Assembly (NCBI GenBank): GCA_964016885.1
Contig: OZ024741.1
Coordinates: 156,488,001 to 156,552,000, forward strand
Reading direction: 5' to 3'
From: Eledone cirrhosa
Lineage: Eukaryota
DNA length: 64,000 nucleotides
The translations under genes were made by a program, and so were the position numbers. Every line of letters begins with the position of its first letter. The stretch's first letter is position 1. The notes beneath the pieces were generated by a model. It was not told the origin of the DNA. It ran no database searches and saw nothing but the letters and a program-made list of their open reading frames with translations. Below are positions 1-12,880 of this stretch, piece by piece.

Positions 1-27
1 ATTTCCTCTCTCTTTTAGCCTGCAAAC

Positions 28-2290
28 ATGAACATATTAAGAGTAGGATGTTTAAATGTTCGTGGCCTCGGATCGCCCTGGAAGCAGAGTCACCTGCTCA
101 ACGATTTCAGGTCTCTAGATATGGATACGATTGCCGTCAGCGAGGCTAGAATTCCGACACGCGCACACTAGCCCCCATTTTCGCATCTCTTAGTCGGGCT
201 GGAATGGGAGGTGGGGTGGCAGTGCTGTATAGGAAAGGCCCGGATTTCGAGATAAGTTCGTATTTCCGGGACCCGGACGGTAAGTTGGTGGTCCTAGACG
301 TGAGCAATAGCGAAGGTGGTGCCTTTAGACTGGTAGCCATCTGGAAGTCTTTCTGGGAATGTCTCGCCCTTTATTGTTAGCGAGGCACTGAAATGGCATC
401 TTAGACTCACACTGGGATTACGTGGGTCATCTATATCGTATATAGATAGTCTTTTTAATTAGGTCAGTAGATAAGGTTAGTATAGGTTGTCCTCATTTTC
501 AAACTGTCGCCTATTCAGGGCACAAGTTTGTGATCTGCATTGTCAACCTAGATAAGACACGCAGGTTAGGCCCTGATTACTGGAAGCTAAACATGCCATT
601 CCCCACACATAAAGCTTACAGAGACAGGATCGAAACTTTAATTAAGTGTAAGTGGACAGTGAGGTCATCAACAACAGGTGGAGTGGGGCACGCAAGAGAG
701 AGATTAGACTAATATCGATAGGCTTTAGTAAAGTAGTAGTGCTAGAAAAAAATAGAATAGAGGGGAATTTGTTGGCTACATTAGATGAGGCTATTTGTAG
801 TGGCATTGCGACTGATTGTGCTGGCAACGAGAATAGCATTAGACCACTCCTTCAAGGCGAAACACGAACGTTGCATTGTAAGAGCTAAGACACCTGCTCT
901 GAAAACGAGGGTACGAAAGCTGTTGGATGTGCCCGTGTGGAGGAGGCGCAGCGTGATAGCAAAACCACGAATCGGTCTCTGATTGACCGAGACGAACGCG
1001 TGCTGAACTATTCCAGGCATATGTCTGCGCCTTTAGCCAGCACTTTGCTCGACTGTTCAGGGAAGGCGGCTGTCGGAGACGGTGGTGGACTTTAGTTCCT
1101 AACTTAAAGGCCTCCCACAACTCTCCCCAGCTGATTCTGAGCGCTATGAAAAGCTGTTAACATCAGCCGAGATTCGGGATGCCCTAGTCGGTCGCACGCT
1201 GCGCATATCACCCGGTTTTGATGGTCAGATCTACAAGTTTTACGTAGAAATGCCAGATTTATTCTCCAATCTCTTCCGAGCGTAGTAACGAGTAGTAACG
1301 TGTAGTAACGTGTAGTAACGCTGATGAGGAAAGACGAGAACAAGAAGGACACTTTAGATAATTTCAGGCTCATATCTCTGTTAAACACAGAGTTTATGAC
1401 TTTGGCCCAGGTGCTAGAAAATAATTTGGCCCTTGTCGTTGAGGGTCTGGTAGGGAAGATGTAAACTTGCGCAATCCCGACTAGGTCCATAAATAACAAC
1501 CTTCACTTCATGCGATTCATCATAGAGAAGGTAGGGTGTAAACCTGGCTTCGGTGGGTCTCTGATCAATTTAGATCAATCGAAAGCTTTCGATAGGGTTG
1601 TCCAAAGAGGCCTGGAGGCTGTCCTCAAGGCAGCTGTCTTTGGACCCATTTTCAGAGGCTGAATCGCTGCCATGCACCGCGGCACTTATTCGGTGGTAAA
1701 AGTAAATGCCCACCTTTTGGAACCGTTCCAGTTCGCAGCTTCCGCCCGTCAAAGGTACCCTCTCTCCTACATTCTGTATGCATTGGTGCTCAAGCCATTA
1801 CTACGCAAGTTGGAATTGTTGCAGGGCATCCAGCTCGGTCCGGGACGTGGAAGGGCTGTTTCGGCATAAGCGGGCGCCATAACCATGATGGTATTGAACA
1901 CCTCGAGAATCAAGGTGGTCGGCACCTTCTTAGAAGAATATGAAAGACGGACGGGAGAAACACTTAACCCGGAAAAGTCGGTGAGTCTGCAGCTCGGCAC
2001 TTGGAGAGGCAAACCCATGAAGTTCAACAGCGTCGTCACAAGCTGAACAGAGAACCGGTGAAGTTGCTCTGACCGGACCTCCAGGTGGATAAGAACTGGA
2101 TCGAGGTAACGAGGAGGGTGGCCACTTTCACAAAGAAATAGGCCAAGAGGAAGCTCTCCCTGAAGGGTCGGGTGGAGGTGGCGAACGCGTACATCGCGTC
2201 CGTTATCTACTATCACCTAACCGTCGTGCATTGCCAGCGTTTGCACCTCACCAAATTGGAATATCTGCTCTTCGGCTATTAGTGGGTATG
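28..2290 (+). mobile_element. Degenerate Tx1-group LINE ORF2 (AP endonuclease + RT), many stops and frameshifts
   Basis: ATG at 28 reads MNILRVGCLNVRGLGSPWKQ (APE N-terminus). Later motifs are YSGHKFVIC, LGPDYWKLN, NFRLISLLNTEF and LINLDQSKAFDR. Colinear with the copies at 38172 and 56244. Confidence 0.92.
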
Positions 2291-3639
2291 TAGAACCGCA
2301 TCACATTGGACTCACACAAAGACTAGGTGGGAGTAGCTAATAGAAAACGGGCTACAAAAGCCTCAAGAACCAGATCAGGCAATTATAACTTTCTGACATA
2401 TACGGACTAAGTTACACAAATACGTCAGTCTGAAAAGAGAGCAATCACATAGGATCATCCAGATCATATTTAGGCAAGTTTTTTCATTAGACTAAGGTAA
2501 GGATAGCGTAGAGTGACCACACTTACAAATGATCTTCTATCCACACCACACAATTATGATCTACATAGTTAACCTAGATAGAATATGTAGACATGACCTG
2601 TTATTGGAAACAGCGCGATTTTCCTGGCGCGAAAATCTACAAAGACAGGATTAGCTCTAGACAGAGGATCCTTCGGGAATCGAACCATGTATTTGTCGTA
2701 ATCAGAACAACTAGATGGACCACTACAACAAATATCATGCGTAGCTTACATAAATGTCTAATTCGACAAACCGCAATTGTTTGCTTCCAATTTTATTGCA
2801 TGACTATCGCTGGTAAAGGAACAGTTACTTACCAACCATTAACCGCATTACAGTCAGTCAACTCTCCCCGACCGACAGGGATATCTCCCATTGACTTTGG
2901 GGTAGGTGAGAGATGTCTTCTCTTGTGAAAATGCGTATAGCTTTCATTATGTAAAATCTCACCATTTTGCCTCATTTTGGGGCATTGTTTTTCACGTTAC
3001 TCCCCGTTTGGGTTTTTAGAGGTTGGCAAGTCTGCCATTACTGTGAAGCATGTCTAAATGTATTATGTAAGTTTAAATATACATTCTCTTTGTGTATAAT
3101 GTGATTGGAGTCTAATGTATTCCCTATTTCTGAAGAATAAATAACATCCTTGTGTATAATACGACCCTAGAGTATAGATATCCATTCGTAATGTTTTTGT
3201 AAAATTGTACCATGTTATTCAGTTTCTCATAATGTTGAAAAGGTTTAATAACTGGATGTTTAGCAAGTTGTGCCCGCTGCGTATATTTGCAATTTTTAAC
3301 TTGAGGTGTGTGCTTTAAAGCTCAGCATAATTTTCTGAAAACGTGTACTCGTATATATATATATAAGACTTCACCGTTTTGCTTGTTAATTTATCATAGC
3401 AAACAGGAGGAAATATGGAGAGTGTGTGTGGATATATATCCACACACATTGTTGGTCCAGTGCTGGTTTTGTTGGCGAGTAGTTAAAACGCTGGCTTTCA
3501 TCAAGTTTCATCCGTTGTAAAAAAGGTATGAAATAATTTTCTTGTCTTTTGCTTTTCATAACATGAATGGGTTCCAGAAATGTAAGAATTTAAAAGCTCA
3601 TTAAAATATAATTGATTGATTGATTTTCATCTTTCATAG

Positions 3640-5773
3640 TGAATAATATTATGGAAGCCAGAAAGGAGATTTAGGTGCTTGAGAAAAAACCCGAGACTCA
3701 CTAGCCTCCAAACAACAAGTGCTCTTTTGTTTTCTCTACTATCACGTCGAACTCGGGGAGACGATTGCAGTTACCATAAAAACAATAATCAGAAGATCCA
3801 GGAAATATGGGAAAAAGCAAATATCCCTACCAAAATGGAAAACATATCCACACTAAAATCGAGGAATTTTATATGGAGTATCAAGGACTGAAATAAAAGA
3901 AAACTCAAGGATGACTGAAAAAGCGTGAAATATAGAAAGGTGATCACGAGGAAATGTTTGACATCGCAGCCTAGGACGTTCTCGAACGACAGGATGTCCC
4001 ATTTGAAGAGAAAGTTTTCCTTGAGATACAGCGGAAAGATCGGACGTCTTTATTCATGGCTAGTGTTGATGAGGAACATGTGAGAGCCATCCAGAAGAAG
4101 GAAAAGAAGATTCACGATATGAAAGTATGACAGTGAAAGCAGGATGAAGAATTCAATATAATATCCTAGAAATTGGTTCTTGAATGTTCCTCATCCAGCT
4201 CAGCTATTAGTGATGATGATGATGATGAAATCTTCAAGTCAGCACTGGCCTGAAAATCTCTGCGAATAAAGCCAATTCTCAACGTCACTCTTGTTGCCAC
4301 TCGCAAACGGGCGAAACTATCACTACGGCAAATAAGTATTTCTTACATCGCAATTGCGAAGAGAATTGGTCATGGTGTGTCTGAACTTTCGATTTCTCCT
4401 CAACTGTTTATCGAGCCAGAACCAGTCACTGTGAGATGATGGCTCGAGAAATCGAGTTATCCACTTTCCCACATGAAGACAGATTCTGGCTAATACTCCT
4501 CTGAGATGGAGAATTATTTCAAACGGTTTCCAGGTCTAGCCCACTCGAAGATCGGATTGTAATTTTAGTTACAGGAAAAGGAAAGGAGGAGCTCTTATAT
4601 GTTATTATTGCAAGGGATGGAACCGGACGACAAGTCGCTGAAATTGTTTTGAAGGAAATCAAACGGCACAAAATAGAGGATAAAATAATTAGTATGTCGT
4701 TCGACATCACCCACTTGCACCAACATTGAAGCTTTCTGAAAAATCTCTTTTGTGACTGGCTTGCCGCCATCACATTCTTCAACAGGTTTTGAAAAATGTC
4801 TTTGTGATCTTTTTCCCATCATCTGGTCCCAGTATCCCGATGTTTAAAAGTTTCAGAAAAGTTGGGACTCCAACGATAAGTCTTATTAACAATCTATCCG
4901 GGATGGTGATTGGTCCATGGAAAAGTTTACAAGCAAAGGAGGAAGGAGGTGGTAGAATATTTACTGACCCTACTGCTTTCTGTATATCAACCCCAAAAAG
5001 ACTTTGTCAAGTTCATAAAGTTCTCCATTCTCTATATTGGTGGGTGGTCATCTTTGCAGTTTTCCTTCTTGGGTCCAGGAGATTACCACCAGGCTCGTTG
5101 GCTGGCTAAGGTCATATATGTGTTCGAGAGAGTTCTGTTCAAGGAACAACTTAAGGTTACACCATGTTAGTCAAGTGATCTACAAAAAGTAATTTCTGGT
5201 TATAAATTTAATTAATTGTTTCTTCTTTCGGCACAAGGCCAGCAATTACCCAGTGCATTACTGGTACTTTATTTTATCGACCCCGTAAGGATGAAAGGCA
5301 AAGTTAACCTCGACGGTTATAAATTTAATTAATAAAACGTATTTCCCTCTTTAACAAAAATATTGTTTTGTTTTTAGATCGTATTCCTTCTGCTTATTTT
5401 CATTTCATTTGTCTGCTTATTATCATTTCAACAAGTCCCCCAGAGCACAAAGGGAGTTGTTTCCGGTAATAAAGTTCATTAATAAACAGTGTTTCTCTCT
5501 TTAATCTCAATATTATTGTGTAATTATAACGTATTTCCCCTACTTGTTGTCATTTCATTTGGTTCTTTTGTGTAGTTTCTTCTCTCGATTCAGCAGAGTG
5601 AACAGAAAAGACAATCTACCACAAACCAGGTTCAAATATGAACATATGCAACATTTAAATATTATTTGATCGATCTATAATTCAACTTACTTCATTATTT
5701 TATCATCAATTCAAACATGGGCGTAATCGACATGAGGTGATTGGTGAATAGATTACAAAATGGAACACCCTAA
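3640..5773 (+). mobile_element. Decayed hAT-superfamily (hATm-like) DNA transposon remnant
   Basis: Fragmented translations give IQEIWEKANIPT, SMSFDIT, WL-CRHHI (~4757-4776) and GPGDYHQARWLAKVIY (CxxH and RW motifs of hAT transposases). Candidate right end GAACACCCTAA at ~5763-5773. No left TIR found. Confidence 0.6.
5217..5314 (-). mobile_element. 5'-truncated SINE family 1 with 19-bp target-site duplication
   Basis: SINE body GCCTTTCATCCTTACGGGGTCGATAAAATAAAGTACCAG on the minus strand. GGTTATAAATTTAATTAAT occurs at both 5198-5216 and 5315-5333. Confidence 0.88.
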
Positions 5774-6687
5774 TGTACACTTATAAGATAGCCATGACAG
5801 GAATGTCTCTCACTATAGGTACAGACCTATAGTGAGAGACTTTAATCTTAGCTTAACACCAACGACAGCAACAACAAAAAGAATGTTGGTGCAATAAAAT
5901 TATGATAGCCTGATTATGACCAGCATGAGGTTTGACCACAACACCATCACCAACGCCAACGTAAACACCACTTTCAATATTGACAACACCAATAAAACCA
6001 ACGTCACCACCACTACTATCAACAACAACAACCAATAATGTACACATTTATTCGTCTTCAAATATTTTGATGTGTCTCGTAGGAAATAAAAGTTGTTTTT
6101 TTTTATATTTATTTATTTTTCACTGTAAAAAAAACATTTTTAATTTATCTCACGTATCTTAAAATTAATTAATTAATTGCACAATTTCCATATGTCTTGT
6201 TTTAAATCAACAAAGAAGCAGAAATAAGAAGTGAAGCAAAATCTCGCACATTACAGGATTTTCTTCAACTTCCAATAAATAAAGATCGATATGAGCCGGA
6301 AGTTTATTGCTAATAAAATGAATCAATTTAAAGTAATTAGCAAATAATTATTGTCTAATATATAATTAACTAGTTGCAATATGTTGTTACTATTGCAATT
6401 ATTGCTTGTTCAAGTACCATTTGTAGAGGGAGGTAAGGATAAAGAGGGAGTGCTACTTTCTAGTGTTTTTTTTTAATATGAAAAATGGTTGAGAGGCGCG
6501 ATGTTCAACGAGACTGCATTGAGCGACTCTCATTGACAGGAGGAAAGAAACCAGGAGTCGGGTATTAAATGCTCGTGAGGTGACAGAGCAATCCGAAGTT
6601 TTATGTGAGATTTTCTCTGGAATTGCCCCAAACTCCAGTCCCATGCTATTGGAACACTCTTCCCAGTTGACACTTATTAATGACTTG

Positions 6688-6875
6688 CATGGCAGTATCG
6701 TTAGAGGGTCGGACGCCATGCTTTGCAGCAAGGAGTTACGGTCCTTTTCGTTCTGAGTTCAAATCGCGCCGAGGTTGACTTTGCCTTTCATCCTTACGCG
6801 GTCGATAAAATAAAGTGCCAGTAATGCACTGGGTAATTGCTGGCCTTGTGCCAAAAGTAGAAACAATTATTATCA
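6688..6875 (+). mobile_element. tRNA-derived SINE family 1
   Basis: A-box-like TGGCAGTATCG, B-box GAGTTCAAATC, conserved body, and 3' end GGCCTTGTGCCAAAAGTAGAAACAATTATTAT. Confidence 0.9.
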
Positions 6876-6889
6876 TGATGACTTATTCG

Positions 6890-7450
6890 AGTTACTGTTA
6901 TTGTTATATCTATTGGTTACCTTTTTTTATATCCCCTTTTCCTTTGCGTGATGCAAACCTAGGTTTTTCTTCGTCCATGAAGAAAAAAAAACATAAATGT
7001 TCCCCTGTTTATCATTCCAGGTGCACTGACTATCATTGGTATTATACGGACATTAAGATGCCACATTTTCTCAATTTCAATTGTCAATTTTTTGCATTTA
7101 CTGAGCTATTGGAACTCTTTCTAGATGTTACTATCTGATGGAATATCCATGCCAATTAATACATATGTTTTCTCTATGTGGCCCTTCACAATTATATCAA
7201 GACTGTTGGCCTTGATTATCCCATAGGATTGTCACATTCTCGCCTCATGTTAATGTATCTGGGTGATGGTTGTACCATTTTCCCTCTGTATTTAGACTGT
7301 AAAACCTGCATATTACCCAGTGTAACTATTGCCCTACTCTATCATATTTTGTAGCCTGAAACCAGGTGGTCAATAGACTCAGCATACTCATCAGAGAATC
7401 GTCAATTTGGGGCAGTCCCATTTTTGTCACGTTGGCTTAAAAGTTGCACG
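6890..7450 (-). mobile_element. R4/Dong-type LINE 3' fragment (zinc knuckle/RLE region)
   Basis: Minus-strand translation ESIDHLVSG..DRVGQ-LHWVIC..ENVTILWD, homologous to 49700-49900 of the long copy. Confidence 0.65.
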
Positions 7451-7477
7451 TTGAAAGACACAGGTTTGTGTAGTCAA

Positions 7478-7695
7478 GGGTGGGGGCAGTTCGGTAGAAC
7501 GTCGGACAACATACTTTGCGACATCTAGTTGCGGCTTTTTACGTTCTAAGTTCAAATCCCACTGAGGTTATTTTTGCCTTTCATCCTTACGGGGTCGATA
7601 AAATAAAGTATAAATAATGCACTGGAGTCGATTAAATCGTCTTTCTCTTTCCATTCAAATTGCTGACCTTGCGCAAAAAGTAGAAATTATTATTT
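7478..7695 (+). mobile_element. tRNA-derived SINE family 1 (long-tail variant)
   Basis: GTTCAAATCCC B box, GCCTTTCATCCTTACGGGGTCGATAAA body, ends GTAGAAATTATTATT. Confidence 0.85.
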
Positions 7696-7699
7696 TTAC

Positions 7700-10600
7700 C
7701 TCTGCTACCTCCACATTCAAAAAAATTCAAAAAAAAAAGAAGACAAAGAAAATCTTACCTCACACCAACACGCACTTCAGTTAACACAGAACACAATATA
7801 TCAAATACAGAAACATCCATAACAATATCAACACCACCAACATCACAACTCCCAAGACAAACATCGTCACCACTACCCACAAAACGAAAACAACTAAATT
7901 CGTGATAGTGAGGAGGCCAATAGCGAACTGATGCCCCTCCTAATACGAACAGAGGATATTGAAAGAAAAGAAGTATTTGGCACCAGCAACTTCAAGGGTG
8001 TACAAACGTTTCCGTCGGTATGTCTGTCTCTAGAAACATATGAAAACACCAGGGAGGGCTTCCAATATGACATAGGAAGCACTAATGTGAAAGCCAGCTG
8101 TTGGCTATTGAAGTGATCTTAAAGAACCCCAACAGCACCGGCAGGGTAAGTAAACCTCCTTTTCCTTTTTCCAACATGGTGATTTTATGACTGGGTTACA
8201 TAAATTCCAAGTCATCCTGGAACCAGTGTCACTTGCTCAAGGATCTTAGGTCATTAGCTACGAATATGACAGCCCTCAGGAAGCCCAGGATTTACGAGAC
8301 GCGCGCACTAACCTCTATGTTTGATGACCTTGAGATCTATGCATCAACGCTAAGCTGGTAGTCCTGGATGTGAACAATAGTCAAGGTAGTGCTTTTACAC
8401 TGGTGGCCCGACTGGGACATGACTGCTGAATTTCTTTAGACATCTCAAACTCTTTCTCGGAAAGTCTCACCCTTTACTACAAGAGAGTGACGGGACTGGA
8501 AAATCTTGGAATCACAGAGGGCCTGTGTGGGAGTAGCCAATAGGAGTGGTAATACAAAAGCCTCAAGAACCCAATCAGATAATTCCAACAGTCAGACAGG
8601 TACCGACTAGATTACACAAATATGCCTGCACAGTGAACTCCATTCACATGTAAAGTGCACTGTGCATGCTTCCTTGAGAGGACGAGTGTCTCAGTTTTCA
8701 CAGGCCTGATTTTCATTCCAGCCATGCTGCACTTGCAGTCAAATTATCAAATGCAAATCTGAGATCACCTTCTGTTGAGTTAAGGAACACAATGTCATTT
8801 ACAAATTCTATCCGACTAATTTTACACCCGCCAGTCGTGACACCACTTCCGACCCGGCTGCACGTGTCAATCGTGTTCATGAAAATAATGAAGAGGAGAG
8901 GTGACTCTCACATAAACGGTTTCGATTTACCATCATTTATCCGAACACAAACACTCGAGCATTCGTCTAGATACATCAGGGCAGCAAGAAGCTGACCATC
9001 GATCCCATACTCCTGCACAACCTTCCAAAGCAGGTCCCGGGGAATGTGGTCATATGCCTTTCGGAGGTCTACAAATCAAGAATATACCTCTCGGCAATAC
9101 TCCCACGATTTCTCGAAGACCTGCTCCAGTGTCAATATTTGGTCGATTGCACTGCGTCCTGGTCGAAAACCCCACTGTTCCACAGCTAGCTTGGACTCTG
9201 CTCGTTGACCTATGTAAATGACCACCTATCGGAACCGATCCAGATCACGCGTTGTGTCCGTCCAGTGTACCCTCCCTCTCCCCTTCTGTATTTACTGACT
9301 CTCAAACTATTACTGCTGAATCTGGAGCTGTTACAGGGCATGCCACTCGGACCGGGACGTGGATGGTCTGTTTTAGCATTTGTAGGAGCAAAGCTCTACT
9401 CGGACAACTGGGTGGTTTCGCAGCTCGGTACCTGGAGAAGCAAGTGCATGCCGTTCCCGTTCAACCGTTTCCTCCAATGCTGGACGAGCGGACAGATTTA
9501 GTTAATCCGAATATATCTTTCAACAGATTCCAGGTGGATAAAGACTGGGACGAGATAAAAATTAGGGTAGTCTTTCTCTCCAAGAAATGGGCCGGGAGGA
9601 GGCCATCCATGAAAGATCGGGTAGAGATGACGAATAGGAAAATAGCATCCGATATCTATTACCACCTGGACGTCATGCCTTGTCCCAGTTCGCAGCTCAT
9701 CAGGCTGGAGCGCGTGATCTTCTACGCTTGTGAAAGGGACAGATACCACTGGTCAAGTGATCCATCTTATGCCAACACCCGTTGCGCGGAAGGACGGGCA
9801 TGCTGTGGCTGAGGAAGTGCAAACATGCGCTGAGATTAGGGTATTTGCAGATATTCTTAAACGATAGACAGGTTCGATCCCCGTTAGTCAGGCATGTCTT
9901 TCCGCAGGTCCTCCGTTTGACTGAGCTGCTTAATAGGGGTAGCGAAGACAAAAACTAGGCGCCTGACATCTGGAATATTTTCAGGGGATCATTGGAAATT
10001 TCACGTTAACGGTATATAGAAGATTCGTGGTAGAAATTCCAGGCGTCAACGAGAACGAATTAACCGGTGTGTCCTTGAGAACTTTCGGTCTGGAAACTAT
10101 GGACGATTTCCAGAGATCCCTGGCTGACAGTGCTACGGGAAGGCACTGCCAGTTCGAGACAAACTCTACAGACAGGGAAGTACTGTCGGGCGGACATTTA
10201 AGATATGCTCCCGTAGCTTTGAAATCGTTCTGCACATATTTGTCTAGTGAACAGGCATTGTTGATTTGTGGAGTTTGTTGAGCAGCTATTGCCTCGTGTT
10301 GGATGGATCTGGCTATCGGCTGACTCCAAGGTGAGGATCGCCCTGCCATGTTTTTTTTTGTTTTTTTTTTATCGGAGAGGGCAGGCAGTTTTCCTTTGTC
10401 TGGTAGCTGTAGTAAAAGAGGTTGTGTGATAGACGCGACTTAAATGAATGAAGACATACATTTTTCTTCTTTGGCCAAACACCCATTGACCTTTTCCAGA
10501 TCCACTCGGAAACGAATCCCACCCCTCAGTTCATTTGGTAAAAGGAGGGTGAATGCGGTGAGGATGGCCAGATTGAATGGGCCTAGGCAGAGCACGCGCC

Positions 10601-10859
10601 TGTAGAGTTCAAAGAAAAAAACCGGCACAATCCTCTGATGCTCTTCACGATTAGGGTGGTTTCAGATTTGTGGAGTTCCTGAATTCCTATGGCTAGTACC
10701 TCTCCACTATTTGAAAATTCTGTTATTTTAATTTTATTGTTATTTTCTAACATGTTTTCTTTGTGTACGGGCTTTATAACATTTGTAAATACCACTGTCT
10801 TTGTCCATTTGTATTGTCCTTTGTATTTTGACCCTAGTGGCCAATAAAGAAAGAATATC
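7700..10859 (+). mobile_element. Old Tx1-group LINE (ORF1 end, APE fragment, RT C-terminal half, 3' UTR), interrupted by an RTE fragment
   Basis: ORF1 end GGGTAAGTAA at 8144-8153, ORF2 ATG at 8176, VNDHLSEPIQITRCVR (9205+), TMDDFQRSLA (~10098), and 3' end GTGGCCAATAAAGAAA at ~10838-10853. Confidence 0.85.
8630..9200 (-). mobile_element. RTE-clade LINE reverse transcriptase fragment
   Basis: Minus strand reads EQWGFRPGRSAIDQILTLEQVFEKSWEY..FVDLRKAYDHIPRDLLW..PLLFIIFM..FVND (degenerate F/YADD). Confidence 0.8.
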
Positions 10860-10861
10860 GG

Positions 10862-10884
10862 CAGCATCATCATTAATAGTAGTA

Positions 10885-10921
<37 letters not shown>

Positions 10922-11389
10922 CAGCAGCATCATCATAACTAGTAGTAGTAGTAGCAGCAGCAGCAACAGCATCATAACTAGTAGTAGTAGTAGCAGCAGC
11001 AGCAGTATCATAACTAGTAGTAGTAGTAGTAGTAGTAGCAGCAGCATCATAACTAGTAGTAGTAGTAGTAGTAGTAGTAGCAGCAGCAGCAGCAGCAGCA
11101 GCAGCATCATAACTAGTAGTAGTAGTAGTAGTAGTAGTAGTAGCAGCAGTAGCAGCAGCAGCAGCATCATAACTAGTAGTAGTAGTAGTAGAAGTAGTAG
11201 TAGCAGCAGCATCATAACTAGTAGTAGTAGTAGTAGTAGTAGTAGCAGCAGTAGCAGCAGCATCATCATAACTAGTAGTAGTAGTAGTAGTAGTAGTAGT
11301 AGCAGCAGCAGCAGCATCATAACTAGTAGTAGTAATAGTAGTAGTAGTAGTAGTAGTAGTAGCAGTAGCAGCAGCAGCAGCATCATAAC

Positions 11390-11422
<33 letters not shown>

Positions 11423-11905
11423 CAGCATCATCATCATAACTAGTAGTAGTAGTAGTATTAGTAGTAGTAGTAGTAGTAGTAGCAGCAGCAGCAACAGCAT
11501 CATAACTAGTAGTAGTAGTAGTAGCAGCAGCAGCAGTATCATAACTAGTAGTAGTAGTAGTAGTAGCAGCAGCATCATAACTAGTAGTAGTAGTAGTAGC
11601 AGCAGCAGCAGCAGCAGCAGCATCATAACTAGTAGTAGTAGTAGTAGTAGTAGTAGTAGCAGTAGCAGCAGCAGCAGCAGCATCATAACTAGTAGTAGTA
11701 GTAGTAGTAGTAGAAGTAGTAGTAGCAGCAGCATCATAACTAGTAGTAGTAGTAGTAGTAGTAGTAGTAGCAGCAGCAGTAGCAGCAGCATCATCATAAC
11801 TAGTAGTAGTAGTAGTAGTAGTAGTAGCAGCAGCAGCAGCATCATAACTAGTAGTAGTAATAGTAGTAGTAGTAGCAGCAGCAGCATCATAACTAGTAGT
11901 AGTAA

Positions 11906-11944
<39 letters not shown>
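10862..11944. repeat. Compound trinucleotide array [(AGT)n(AGC)m ATC ATA ACT]x
   Basis: Directly visible. More than 20 higher-order blocks, each closed by ATCATAACT. Confidence 0.97.
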
Positions 11945-12139
11945 AAGGAGGAGGAGGGGGAGAGGGGGTGGAAGTATCATCATTGCTGTTATTTTATAGA
12001 TTTAGAATTTCCTTTGTCGTTCCGGCTCTCCGTCATTCTGCTTTCCTGTGAAGTTTAATTGTAATAGATTTGCCTGGCTAGCTTTAGACGAATCTCTGTT
12101 ATGGCTCCACCTCTGACAACACGGATATTTCCACCTCAC

Positions 12140-12190
12140 TGTCTCTCTCTTTCTCTTGCCCATTCTCTCACTCACTTTACTCTATCTGTT

Positions 12191-12227
<37 letters not shown>

Positions 12228-12233
12228 GTATAC

Positions 12234-12272
<39 letters not shown>

Positions 12273-12386
12273 CGTAAGTGAGTGATATACATATATATTA
12301 CATACACACACACACACGTATGTATATGTATATATATACACATATATATGTATGCATATATATATATATATATATATACATACATA

Positions 12387-12422
<36 letters not shown>

Positions 12423-12468
12423 AGTATATGTATATATATGTGTGTATATATAGGCATTTATATATACA

Positions 12469-12506
<38 letters not shown>

Positions 12507-12749
12507 GTGTGCAAATTCACAGTACACAACGAAAAGAAATTAATTATATTGTGTTTGTGTTGTAAAAATGTAGCATTTCGTGTCGTTGAATATTGATTTC
12601 TTTAAAAATGGGTTTCTTCAGCTGTACTCTTTTTAAAGTGTTCTTTATAGTTTGAGAACCAGTTTTCGGTTTCTTTCACCTTCGTAGTGCGATCAGTTCC
12701 TCTTTCTCATATCCTTGTTTCCATATTCTGTAAAAGTGACCAAGTAACT

Positions 12750-12819
<70 letters not shown>

Positions 12820-12880
12820 ACAGAGAGAAAGAGACGATTATTAGGAAGAAAAATATGTACATATGTGTGTGTGTTTGGGT
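12140..12880. repeat. (CT)n/(TA)n/(TG)n microsatellite cluster
   Basis: Directly visible dinucleotide runs. Confidence 0.95.

Noticed and set aside
1281-1320. Four copies of a 10-bp GTAGTAACG unit inside the LINE
   Set aside because: Local slippage at a deletion junction in a dead copy, absent from the other copies.
10583-11983. 466-aa poly-Leu ORF
   Set aside because: It is the translation of the (ACT/GCT)n repeat running into an antisense LINE UTR, with no coding complexity.
12565-12630. CTGAAGA...CGAAA on the minus strand as a hammerhead
   Set aside because: No credible stem II or stem I pairing.
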